DNA of 62,830 bases, counting the filler, from Sphacelaria rigidula (lineage: Eukaryota): the NCBI GenBank assembly GCA_964200075.2. It is 5 parts of 5 records of this genome, joined end to end, with 100 filler letters (N's around TTAATTAATTAA, not from the genome) between each part and the next. Parts side by side here need not be neighbours in the genome. Positions count along the whole stretch, not along the records: positions 25,174 to 37,659 come from CAXNAA020003712.1; 4 more parts are not named here. One strand, written 5' to 3'. The notes beneath the pieces were generated by a model that was not told where the DNA came from, did not search any database, and saw only the letters and a program-made list of their open reading frames with translations. How positions within the stretch are numbered: the first letter of the stretch is position 1; the number at the start of each line of letters is the position of its first letter. Shown here one piece after another: positions 26,561-37,759 of the stretch. Both the position numbers and the translations under genes were made by a program.

Positions 26561-27011
26561 TTGGAAACTTCTCGCAACACTTCGCACCCGAAAGCTGGGC
26601 ACTGCCATCCGTGTTTTCACGGGTAACACCCGAGATCCTTGGTCTGGTCTAGTGGGGTGTATATGCTCTCGGCTGGTGGGTCTCTGAGCGTGTCCGAACG
26701 CAGTGGTTTCATGAAGAAAAAAAAAGCGCGTTCGAACGTCCCTGTTTTTGTTTGTTTGTTTGTTTTGCCGACCCACCTGTCTGTCTGTCTCTGCAGGGAC
26801 ATACATGATGTACATTATCCAGTGAGTCGAAAGAGGATTCTTAATTGCACTACTCCCCGTGTTAACGCGGTGCCCCCCTTTTTACAGGATTAGGCGTAGG
26901 TAAGATGGGAGAGTACTGTAGCGCCACAAGCCAGCGTCATGATCCAAATGACGGTGTCGTTGGGCAAAGGGTTGACGAAGTATTGTTGGATTTTTTTTTT
27001 TATGTCACACT

Positions 27012-27230
27012 TTTAACCCGCCTCCTTCCTCGGGACGAGTCCGTGGTCTCAGGTGATCAACCCATTCCTCCCCTCGGTACACCCCTCCTTACATTTTGGT
27101 CTCGCGGATTGGGTCAGCACTCCCGTGCAGCGTCAACTCTCGTCAAACAAACTCAGTCGATTTTTTTTTCTTGTGCTACTCACGTACGTCTTCACGCTTT
27201 CAACGACGGAAATCAGATATTTTCAAGAAA
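27012..27230 (+). repeat. Dispersed repeat, second copy at ~35964-36173
   Basis: Shared cgggacga.tccgtggtctca..gatca..cggtacac..gtctcgc.ga.tgggtcagcac..gcgtcaactctc.tcaaacaa. Confidence 0.75.
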
Positions 27231-28439
27231 AAAAGGAAGACTAGACACGTCTGTGATCACGGGTCCGAGAGTTCGGACAAATATGCGGAAACAACAATAG
27301 TAATAACTAGTGGTAAGCCACCGCTGACGCGCGTGGCAGCAGTGCTGCAGTTACCAACGGCACAGGTCTCGCACGTGATCAAAATATTGCCCTGATATTC
27401 ACCACAATTTTTATCAGTAAAAAGCAGGTAAGAACTCCCAACCCCACGGTTAACCGCAACCACTACGAAAGAGGAAAGAAGGCCTGACCATGTTGGCGCC
27501 GACCCGACAGCGCTACATTCATGAAGAACTTCTCCATCCCGAAAAAGTAAGGACCAAACCGAGTAGAAGGGCGCACCGTCTTTCATCTAGCCCCCCCACC
27601 GGAGGTACAATAATATCTTCCCAAGGCGTGCACTGGACCACGTACAACAACGTTTTCGTGAGATTGAGAGTGGAGCGCTGATTGAGAGTGACTTTGATCA
27701 TTCGCTCTAACTTGGTCATTTTTTTATTCCAGGTGTTCTTTTTCTGCCTCCATCACTAGCGTGTGCTTAAGGCTGCACATCGATATCCTACTCAGGAATA
27801 TCAAGGGCCTCAGTGGCAAGCATTTCGGAACTGCAACGATTGATTCACTTATTGACCGCTTTTCACTCTCAAATCGTATCCTTTACCCTTAATCTCACGA
27901 AAACATTGTTTTTGTTGAGGTGACAATTCACTATATCTTTCCTTCTCCGCACGTTTGCTACTACACACCGATGATGGATAAAAATCACGTTTGAAAATTG
28001 ATTGCCCCAACAACGACCAGTATTCAGTCTCATCGAGAAGCACTTTTGTCCAGATTCAAATTAGGGTTGCACACCATCAAGGGAGGGCTGATAAATTGTA
28101 TTACGAAAATAAATGAGGCGTTTTCGTCGCGCAATGTCGTCTTTTTGCCTGCGGCGTGCGGTAGCAAATAATGAACCTACCCAAGTCGACGGTACACGGC
28201 TACAGCAGATCCACTCAGTATTTTTCACACATGGCAATAGCAGCACACAACAGACCGCACGCCACACAGCACGGCACAGCAGTGAAAGAGGTACGCTTAG
28301 GGTTACACGTAACTCCGACTCCACACCATGAGTGGCGCGGTCACTGGTGGTGTAGGTGCTGCACCCGCCACCGTCAATTCCGCATCGGAGTGTTCTCCCT
28401 CGCTTGATAAGTCACGGTGGGAATACAACCGATTTTACC

Positions 28440-28568
28440 TCCCACGACGTAGTCGCTCTCCACTGTTGGCCATTGTGTGAGAGAAATTCCCAGACCGCTC
28501 CAAGATTCGAACCCACTGCCCAACCGTCAAAAGGTTTCGAAGTTACCGACTGAGCTACCGTCGCGGCG
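28440..28568 (-). mobile_element. tRNA-derived SINE (family S1) 5' portion
   Basis: On the - strand, A box tagctcagtcgg and B box ggttcgaatc; body matches 30320-30445. Confidence 0.75.
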
Positions 28569-28587
28569 AGGCTGTATCCATGAATAA

Positions 28588-29508
28588 CCCTTACCCCGTG
28601 ATGATGCGGGTAGTCCATCTGGATCACGCATAATTTTTTCAAGTGAAATAGATGCCGATTCCACTGGTGACCTACCCTCGGGGTGAAAGGGTTGATCTCT
28701 GGACCGCGAGAGTAGGTCATCTCCTGAATCGGCATCAATATTCACTTGAAAAAATTATGCATGATCCAGATGGACCACCAGCATCGCGGTCTAAGGGTTA
28801 ACCCTTAGACGGCGAGGGTAGGCCATATGTTGAGTCGACATCACTAAGGGTTAACCCTTAGACCGCGAGGGTAGTCTATGTGGATCATGCATACTTTTTT
28901 CAAGTGAATATTGATGCCGATTCAGCAGCTGACCTACCCTCGCGGTCAAAGGGTTAACCCTTAGACCGCGGTGCGGGTAGTCCATCTGGATCAAGCACAC
29001 TTTTTTTTAAGACAAAATTGATGCTGCTTCAGCCGGTGACCTACCCTCACCGTCTGACGGTTAACCCCGAGCGAGGGTAGGTAATCGGCTGAATCGGCAT
29101 CAGTGTTGACTTGAAAAGCGTGTGCATGATCCAGATGGACTACCCGCACCGCGGTCTAAGGGTTAGCCCTTTGACCGCGAGATTAGTCTTTCTGGATCAT
29201 GCATTATTTTTTCACTTTTTAAATTGATGCCTATTCAACAGAAGACTAACCTCGTGGTCTAAGGGTTAACGCTTGGATCGCGAGGGGGCTGGGTCACCTG
29301 CTGAATCGGCATCGATTTTCACTTGAAAAGCGTATGCGTGATCCAGATGGAATACCCGCACCGCGACCTAAGGGTGGGCCACTTGCACTTCGTCTGAGAG
29401 TTAACCATTCGACCGCGATGAGGGTGGGCCACTTGCTGAATCGGCATCAAATTCACATGAACGATGTATATGTGATCCAGATGGACTACCCGTATCGCGG
29501 TGCAAGAG
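28588..29508. mobile_element. Tandem cluster of ~9 piggyBac-type ~100-bp MITEs joined through TTAA
   Basis: Units bounded by CCCTTAGACCGCG...CGCGGTCTAAGGG; perfect TTAA junctions at 28798, 28851, 28954, 29061, 29266 and 29401; mixed orientation. Confidence 0.85.
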
Positions 29509-29794
29509 ACCCTGCTGTCAGAGTAGAGCCATTTTCGCAGGACACTGGCGCATAGACCCGCTCGTCCAACGAACTACATTTGAATCCACCCACGGACAAC
29601 AGAGCCGGCATGGAATATATCACTCGGGAAGCGACGATTGCCTGCGACTAACCTGACACAATGCATGAAAGTAGACGTACTATCGAATCAAAATCAAAAT
29701 TTAGTGTTTAGTCAAAATCATCCATGCCGAAAAAAAAATTGCGTTGTCCGGGAGCGCGTTGCGAGGGAGTATGGAGCGAGGCAGTACGGTGAAC

Positions 29795-30040
29795 AGACCA
29801 ATGCTACGATAGCGGTGCACTTTTTGCGCAAAATCTTGTCTGTTTCAGGGGCTCCTACCTGTTCTAGAAGTACAAGAATAGGGGTCAGGGCATCCCCGTT
29901 TGCAAATTCATTCGGGATATTCCTAGTATAGCACATTGTTGGAAGAGTAATCCTGGCTTACTCTCTCATGTTTCGTGTTCTGGATGAGATGAAGGGCTCC
30001 TGAAATAAAATGTGTGTGCACCCCTACCGTAGCAGCACTC
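29795..30040 (-). mobile_element. MITE family M1 copy
   Basis: caatgctacgatagcggtgcac ... gtgcacccctaccgtagcagcactc; interior is the reverse complement of 19468-19728. Confidence 0.8.
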
Positions 30041-30102
30041 AGCAAACACGCAGAGACGAATCACCACGAGCTGGATTGACGGCCTGTGTAGTTTGTCTAG
30101 TC

Positions 30103-30445
30103 AGTGTGTGTGTTCTCGTTCCATTTTTTCCGGACGCCAGTCTACATCTGTCGGTATATGTGGGCGCACCAACCGGGGTCACACAGAAGGAGGACAGGAT
30201 TTTTTTTTCTTCTTCATTCTCCACGTTCCTCCTGCGGTGCTTGCCCTCATGTTTTTATCGCTAGAGAGGTTCAACAGTACCTTTCCCTCGTCGACCATCC
30301 AATCGATTGTTGTGTAACCACGACATAGTCGCTCTCCGCTGTTGAGCATTGTGTGAGAAAATCCTGGATCGCTCCGAGATTCGAACCCACGACCCAACCG
30401 TCAAGAAGGTCCGAGGTTACCAACTGAGCCACCGGGGTGACCGGC
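30103..30445 (-). mobile_element. Full-length tRNA-derived SINE (family S1)
   Basis: Head gccggtcaccccggTGGCTCAGTTGGtaacc...gtgGGTTCGAATCtcgg; conserved 3' part gtgtgaccccgg.tggtgcgcccacatataccg..gtagactggcgtcc; (AC)n tail. Confidence 0.85.
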
Positions 30446-30466
30446 AGTGTCAGTGTATGTAATTAA

Positions 30467-30530
30467 CCCTTAGATAGCGATGCGGGTAGTCTATCTGGAG
30501 CACACACTTTTTTCAAGTGAAATTGACGGC
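30467..30530 (+). mobile_element. Partial piggyBac-type MITE (same family as the array)
   Basis: ttaa-cccttagatagcgatgcgggtagtctatctggagcacacacttttttcaagtgaaattga. Confidence 0.75.
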
Positions 30531-30599
30531 AGTGCAAGCAATGAAAACGGTGGGCAGTTTCGTGCAGCATTATTAGTGTGCCGTAGACGATGACATAAG

Positions 30600-31040
30600 T
30601 CTACAGTAGTCAGTGTAACATAAGTCTACAGTGGACAAATTAGTGATTGGTCGCTGGCTGGAGGTTTGGTACTATTTTTTCAAGTGAAACTTTTACAGTA
30701 GACAGTGTAACAGAAGTCTACAGAGGACAAAGCAGTGTTCAATCGCTGGCTGGGAGTTTGGTACTATTTTTCCAAGTGAAAGTGATTGAGTGAAGGAATG
30801 CTTCCCATGCAGTGACGGCCCCGGCCGTTTTTTGTGAAATACTGTTCCTCCCTTTTTTTGTGACGACTTGCAGAAATGGAACAGTTACGCCGGGCAGCTT
30901 GCGGTCAAAGGGTCTCGAATTGCTATCAAGTTGCAAAAATAGAACGGATGAAGAAACGTTTCCGATGCAGTGACAGCCCCGGCCGTTTTTGTTTTTTGTG
31001 AAATACTGTTCCGCCCTTTTTTCGTGGCGACTTGCAGAGG
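30600..31040. repeat. Two local duplications (~92-bp unit x2 at 30603-30781; ~75-bp unit at ~30800 and ~30958)
   Basis: acagtag.cagtgtaaca.aagtctacag..gacaaa..tcgctggctgg..tttggtactattttt.caagtgaaa twice; atgcagtgac.gccccggccgttttt..tgtgaaatactgttcc twice. Confidence 0.75.
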
Positions 31041-31714
31041 CCGTTTTTTTTTGTGGCAGTGATGGAAGGTTGGGGAAGTGTAAAGTACTGTTCCGATCAT
31101 TTGATAATTTGGTTGAAGTATGGGCGGAGCGGATACGACTTTACCTGATTCCAGTATCGAGCGGCCAGACATTTACGCCAATAATCAACCTGATGATAAT
31201 AATAAAATAAATGAATAATATTAATAAATAAAGACGTCAATGAATATAATCAATTTGATGATAATCAATTTGATAAACAATAAATCATTATAATAATAAT
31301 AAAAAATGAATAAAGACGTGTCTGCTGGGAACCGAACCCCCGTGTTTTCCCACCCCAGTGGTGTGTGTCTGCTGAATCACAAGATGCGCAAGAAAATAAA
31401 AGTGTGTGTGCGTATAGGCTGAACAACACAACCGTGGTACGAATCTCTCTTGTGTTTTCGTATGGGTGACAGCGTATATCTTGAGATCTACTCTCAACGT
31501 TGTATTATACTAGCCATGTGACAAGCCGACAGTTGTACAGAGGAACGCCACCATTTCCCCCCACCCTCCTGCCCCCCCCGCCGCCCACTATATGGTGAGA
31601 CACCCGTGACGTGGTGCGTACCCCATGGCGGTCTATGGAAGTGGCGAGACCTGAAACTGAAGCAGCTCATTGTAGGCTGTCATCCATATGTAAGATGCTT
31701 CGTACGCGCTTCGG

Positions 31715-31908
31715 ACCGAACAATCTTAGCAGGATGCAGCCCACCCTTCATGCGACTCGCCGAACACATCACGGCGCTTCGCGCTTGGTGATTGATTGCG
31801 AGCCTGGTCCGGCGAAAACCTGGCGTGCTCCGTCCCGACTTTGTACGGATGTGAAGTCAATGATCATCATATGATTACGGCATGCAAGATCATGAGTACA
31901 CCCCCCGC
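31715..31908 (+). mobile_element. 3' fragment of a sister subfamily of the C-tailed LINE; second copy at 35215-35404
   Basis: Both copies share atcttagcaggatgcag..cacccttcatgcg..cgcgcttgg..gcgagcctggtc..acggcatgcaagatca.gagtacac followed by a C run. Confidence 0.65.
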
Positions 31909-32784
31909 ATTGTCCGCTTGTGAGCCGAGACTTCCAAGACAAACACAGAGTGCAAGATAACTAAAAAAATAACACTGAGGCTCGCGCTTTGCAGCCTCCG
32001 TCAAAACATCTTGCCCGATCAAGTGAGTACAGAAATTTATTAGCCCCGTATCAAATGTCCGTGTGCATACAAGATGTGCGCCGATGGGTGAGGATGTCGG
32101 ATGAACCATCGACCCTTGCTCAATACTAGAAGTTTTCGAGCTGGAGGTCCCAGAGGTTGCATGTTACCAAAAGTGGATCGGAAACCGAGCGCAGGAAATG
32201 AAACGGTCCTCCGATGATACCACTGCAAGGTTTTGAGCGTGACTGTTGCGATATTACCGTCGTTGTCCCCAGATGAAGTGCATCATCCGTCTACTGCACG
32301 GTAGTTAATGCTCAGCCAGGAACCGACAAGGACTAACGTGCGCGCTCGTAGCAGATTTGTTTATGCGAAATAATTCGCATGGCATTTTCTGACTACCTGC
32401 GAGCTGGGCCAGCGTGAAGCATGTGTGGGCGCTTGATGAGCTTTGCCCGGTGCGTTTTTCAGGGTTAGACGCTGAAATGTCCATACAAGGTATATATTAT
32501 CAAGCCGCGATAAGGGACCGCGGTAGCCAAGAGAGAGAGAGAAAGAGAGAGAGAAAAGCGAACTAGAACCAGACAACGATTATGAAAAAGGTTTCAACTG
32601 TCATAACTCAACAAGTGTTTTCACATTTTTGGCTATACCGCGGTCAGCTTTTGCCTATTGACGTGTAGGACGCTCGTGTGGAATTTCGACTCTAAAATTA
32701 TTCAAACCGGATCGCGAATTTTGGATCATGTATGTTGGTGCAGATGTGCCGCTCTACAGGGCGGAGCTCATGACAGTGGGCCTG

Positions 32785-32968
32785 CGCGTGCACTGCGCCG
32801 AGTTGGCAGGTGTTTTGGTGGGTTCGACCCCCACACTGCCTTGAACAAAGCTTTCCGAATGCTCAAGGTGCCTACCCCACATGACTGCCGCGAGGCGATC
32901 TAGCCGAGCCCCTAGGTACTCGGCACACAAGCCCGTTCGCGGGATCAGTGTTGGGTAAGGTGTCCTCC
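32785..32968 (+). mobile_element. tRNA-related SINE (family S2); further copies at ~34243-34425 and 59742-60172
   Basis: ctgcgccgagttgg (A-box-like) and GTGGG-TTCGACC-CCCAC (T-arm hairpin with B box); shared body cactgccttg..ctaccccaca..gatctagcc.agcc..tcggcaca..tgttgggt. Confidence 0.65.
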
Positions 32969-34527
32969 TTCCTCGAAAAAAAAACAAAAAACAAGGGAGC
33001 AGGTCGTGGGTTCGAATCCCGACATACGTGTTTTTGTTTCCCCCCGGGTCGGTCGGTGGACAGAAAACGTCACAACTCCATGAAGAGAAAAAAGTTTCTT
33101 GTTGCCTGTGCAACGGACTCTTAGCTTGCGTGCAGAAGGTCCATGTGAAATTCGGTCCGAAAGCTCAAAAAATGGGCGGGGTGTTCCACTTTTTGTACGA
33201 CACCGCTGCACCCCGGCGGTCCGAGTGGTTCAGGAGATTTCAGCTACGGAGGTCACGAATTCGAATGCCAATATGTGCTTATTTTTGCACGATCTGGTTC
33301 CGTCGTTCGAGGCCATTTCTCATGTGTCGAAAATAACTTGTTTCCGAAAAGTGCCTGTTCGGCACTTCTCCGTCGGTTTTTGCCCGAAAACAGGGTTCGG
33401 CGAATGTTCGCAACTTGGAATGACTTTCTCTGCACGTTGAGATCGTTCCAGGGCATCCTCTGCGCTTCTCGGGTGCCCAGTTTATCTCCTTGGCCGAGCT
33501 TTTATTTTCAATAACAAAAGGTCACGTAATAAAAAAAGTGGCAGTTTCCCCTCTGTTTTTCAGTAATTACCGTTTCTTATTGAAGATAAATGTTCGATCA
33601 AAAACCAACCCGCGACAAGGAAACGTAAAGTTGCCCTGGGACGGTTCCAACGAGTAGAGCAAGACGTCTTTCCGAGGTAACAACATTCGCCTACCCCTCG
33701 TTTCGGGCGTAAAACGATGGAGAAGGGCCAAAACAAGGCATTCTTGAACTATATATTTATTTTGACCCATGAGAAGTGGCCTGAGGTTTTATATTACCCA
33801 GTAATTTTGTTCATGTATAGCGGCGGAGCGTGGATCAGCAGGTTGGTCTACACTTCACAGCGATTACCCTTACATCAGGTCAATTAGGGAAACTGAAAAA
33901 AACGGATGCTAGAGATGTATCAGCTTTTTTTCACCTTTTTGGGAGAGGAACCCCACTAACCGAGGGTTCAACCCTTCGAGTGCAATTGGTGGTTTATTTG
34001 TGAACTGAGATCATTTTCAGCCGTTTTTCAAGTGCAAACCGACCCACGTCGGGACCTCACCCACGGTTTGTGGGGGGGTCCGGTCCCAAAAGCGTCAACA
34101 GCACCACATCCCGTCCGCTCTGAGAAGTTGAGCGGCGTTACGTCAGGCTAGTACTACGGTGGAGAACCACGTGGGAAACTCTGGTGATGTTCTTCAACGT
34201 GCGACAAGGAGGGCCGAAGCTCTGAAATGCAGAGCGGCGCGGGTACTGCGCCCAGTTGGCAGGGGGTTTCGTGGGAACATCCCCCGCACTGCCTTGTGCC
34301 ACACGGATCGCCTTCCCCACATGACGGCCGCGCGGCGGTCTAGCCGAGCCTTCGGATAATCGGCACATGAACTCGCTAGCGATCGCCTGCAATCGCTTGA
34401 GGGGTAAGTGTTGGGTTGGGTTTTCTCTTTCCATCAAGGGGAAAAGAAAAAAAAAACGCGCGACAATCAATAAAAAAGCCCGTCCCCCCCCCACCCCCCC
34501 CGTACGAACACAGCACCCACACCGCAC

Positions 34528-34698
34528 CTGAGAGAGTCGGACGAGAGATTCCAGTTGACGCATCGTGATGGGCATCGACCTGCCGTCTCTCGCCTCATTT
34601 CGCATGGTGAGATACAGTTTTTGGAGTACCCTCGCGGCTTTCACGGTGAGCTTCGGATGGCAGTGAGCCTTTGCGTATGCCACGTAGCTCTTCAGAAG
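34528..34698 (-). CDS. MCM8: MCM-family helicase exon (AAA+ lid region), most similar to MCM8
   Basis: LLKSYVAYAKAHCHPKLTVKAARVLQKLYLTMRNEARDGRSMPITMRQLESLVRLSQ contains the MCM PIT.RQLESL.RL motif; tttctcggcAG and CAG|GTGCG sites; 171 nt, phase 0/0. Confidence 0.85.
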
Positions 34699-36432
34699 CT
34701 GCCGAGAAAAAAAATGACGACAACAAGGCGGAAACAAAAAAGAGGATGGCACAAATTCACAGGTTGGTATTGAGGAGGTTTTACGGCGTGTTGTGGGAGA
34801 TGCAAATGCGACTTCAATAATACAGCGTGCGTCCTCTTTTTTGTTTTCCCAGCGGCTCGCGGAAAACATGTTTGGCGACAAAGCCGAAAGCAAAAGGGGG
34901 GTGTAGAGCAACAAAAGAGTACTCAAAGTGCATCATTTGTCATAAAACGTCAAGTTGGGGCTTCAACGGCTCTACCGCACACGGACATCTGAAGGCCGGG
35001 AAATATCTCGACAGCACACAGGACGCAGCACTTGCTTCTCAGCAGCTGCATCGAAGGCGACAGCAAAACATAAAGCATACTCATACAAACTGCCATACAA
35101 GGTTTTTGGACCAACTGCGCACGAGGCATTAAGAAGTACCAGAGATACTCAACAACAGGGGGCGAGCGGGATGTATCTCTCAAGGCTTGCCCCCTGCCCC
35201 TACATCCCCCCGTTATCTTAGCAGGATGCAGCTCACCCTTCATGCGCCTCACCGGCCACATCACGGCACGTCGCGCTTGGCGATTGAGTGCGAGCCTGGT
35301 CGGGCAAAAATCCGGCGTGCCCCGTCCCGGCTTTGTAGGGATGCGAGGACAATGGTCATACGACTACGGCATGCAAGATCACGAGTACACGCCCCTCCCC
35401 CTCCTTCACCGTGATCGTTTGAGGTTAGAAAAACGAGATTTTTCCTCCTTTATCAAAGAGCAGTTTTACTGTAGTCTGAAGGTAACCTTGTCCTCTGCGA
35501 GAGGAGCCCAATGCGTACACACACATTCATTTATATGCTCCATTGGTTTCCATGACTTCCCCCACCCCTTTTCAAAGGAGTGTCAAAACCGTCCGCAGGC
35601 AACAAACTCCGCGAGGTAGTCGACATCGCGATGAGTAGGCTACCACACCAATTTGTTTCGTCTGGATCTTTGCTCATTCTTCAGAAAAATGTACACCCGT
35701 ATCTCGGTTTCAAAAACACTCATACCATTTCCATCAACTTCGATTGGGAGCTTTGGGTGCTACTGAGGAGCTCGACCGGTTGAATTTGAGGCACCCCCCG
35801 CCTCTTGCTCCCTGTGGCGAAAGCAAAAAATGGACGCACGGTGCCAATACCTGAGGGGTTACCTCCCCCCTTTCCCCTTCGTCACAAACGAGTCACGAAG
35901 CCATATAATACCTTCTTCGTTGTTTAGCCAGGTCTTTTTTTTCCAACCAATTTGTCTTCATCTCTAACCCCTCTCTCCCCTTCCCCGGGACGATTCCGTG
36001 GTCTCAAGCGATCAGCCCCTCTCCCCCCGCGGTACACGCCTTGCACTGTCGTCTCGCAGACTGGGTCAGCACCCCCGCACCGCGTCAACTCTCATCAAAC
36101 AAGCGTAGCCAAGTGCTTCTTGATTACTCGCGTTACTCACCGTTTCGACAGCGAAAATAAGATACTTCGAAGAAACAAACCCAACGCATCGGAAAATCGA
36201 ATCCGCGTTCGCTCAATCCTAATGGTGACGGTCGGACCATTTTTATTGAGGCCACCGGTGCGCGGCGGTGTTCTGGTTGAAAGGAAACACGAACGGTGCC
36301 GAAACTCAATCGTTATGGGATACAGCAACTTATAGCTGCGCGGTTTTATGCTTGACCGCCTCCTGTCGGCTACTGCACGATGCCGTGATGAGCTCGGCAT
36401 GAAAACGAGCACTCCAGATTGCGTTTTTACGG

Positions 36433-36689
36433 GAGTGATGCCACAGTAGGGGTGCACAAATATTTTCTGAGGTTAGAATTGTTGGGAGTCCTTTATCTCA
36501 TGCAAAACATGACCTGTGAAAATATGTGAAAGTACGCCAGGATTACTCCTCCAATATGCTGGGGATATCCCGAATGAACATGCAAACCAGAATGCCCTGA
36601 CCCATATTTTTGTGCATCTAGAATCGTGAGGAGCCCCTGAACTAGACATAATTTCGGGGGAAAAGTGCACCCCTACCGTAGCATTGCTC
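36433..36689 (+). mobile_element. MITE family M1 copy
   Basis: gagtgatgccacagtaggggtgcac ... gtgcacccctaccgtagcattgctc. Confidence 0.85.
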
Positions 36690-36719
36690 ACGGTTGCGAA
36701 TATGTCTCGATTCGTGCTC

Positions 36720-37119
36720 GTGTGTATGTGTGTGTGTGTGTATGTTTCTGTTTGTGTTTGTGTGTGTCGTCACCCCATCTATTCTGGACGCTAGTCAACA
36801 CCTTTCGGTATATGTGGGCAGTCAGCCGGGGAAGGCCAACATAGGAGTTTTCGTTTATTTATTTATTCGTTTTTATTTTAGTACCCCGCCTTCCTTCTGC
36901 GGCTCTTACCTTATTCTCTCTATCGCGAGAGGGGTTCGGCGGTCACTTTCCCTCGTCGACCGTCACGTCGAATTCGTGTACCCACGATATAGTCGCTCTC
37001 CACTGCCGGGCATTGTGTGAGAAACAAATCCCAGATCGTGTGACTGCACCGAGATTCGAACCCACCATCCAACCGTAATAATGATTCGAGGTTTTCAACT
37101 GAGCCACCAGGGCAACCGG
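36720..37119 (-). mobile_element. tRNA-derived SINE (family S1) copy
   Basis: On the - strand, ggtggctcagttg and gggttcgaatctcgg; 3' gcgtccagaatagatgggg.gacgacacac with an (AC)n tail. Confidence 0.8.
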
Positions 37120-37659
37120 GGCCTTTCATGAATAAAAATGTTTTGAACGGCTTTCAATGAGCACTCCGAAAGATTGTGCTCAATTCAATCGACACAGGAC
37201 GAACGTTTCAAGCTTTTCGACTTGCGCCAGAAATTGATACCCAACGCCGGAAACAAGAGATACTGGCTATCGCGGATGCACACTTGAGTATCAGACGGTT
37301 TGCGCGTGACCAGCTGCTTCGCATCTAGTCGTTGAGGGTTTGGTGTTTGTGACAGAGCCAATGCGACGGTAGGGGTTGCACATTTTCAGCGAAAAACGTC
37401 TCTCGAGGCTGCTCAGATTGTCGGACGCGTCATTTTGAAAATCGGCATCATTATTACTTGAAAAAGACTGAAAATGATGCCGATTCACGAAAAGGCCCCC
37501 GGGTACAAACATCATATTTCTGGGAGTCAAGTCCCCGGAAATTTGGGCTGCACAGTAAGCCCCATATATGTGGGATCCTAGAAAAAAAAGGCTCAGGCCG
37601 GATGTTATGGCACACAGATTTTTGGCCCACGGATTGTTCACTTTTGGGAAGTTTGACTC

Positions 37660-37759
37660 NNNNNNNNNNNNNNNNNNNNNNNNNNNNNNNNNNNNNNNNN
37701 NNNTTAATTAATTAANNNNNNNNNNNNNNNNNNNNNNNNNNNNNNNNNNNNNNNNNNNN
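37660..37759. other. Artificial scaffold linker
   Basis: N44-TTAATTAATTAA-N44. Confidence 0.98.

Noticed and set aside
28588-29508. CRISPR array
   Set aside because: The whole unit is conserved, there are no unique spacers, orientations are mixed and there are no cas genes; MITEs explain it.
30370-30445. Functional tRNA genes (also ~28500, ~33005, ~37050, ~5900)
   Set aside because: A/B boxes are present but there is no complete cloverleaf, and most continue into repeat bodies; treated as SINE heads.
35242-35404. Tyrosine-recombinase C-terminal motif (GVP..RGQWS.D..Y)
   Set aside because: Superficial; the nucleotide sequence aligns better with the C-tailed LINE terminus in another frame.
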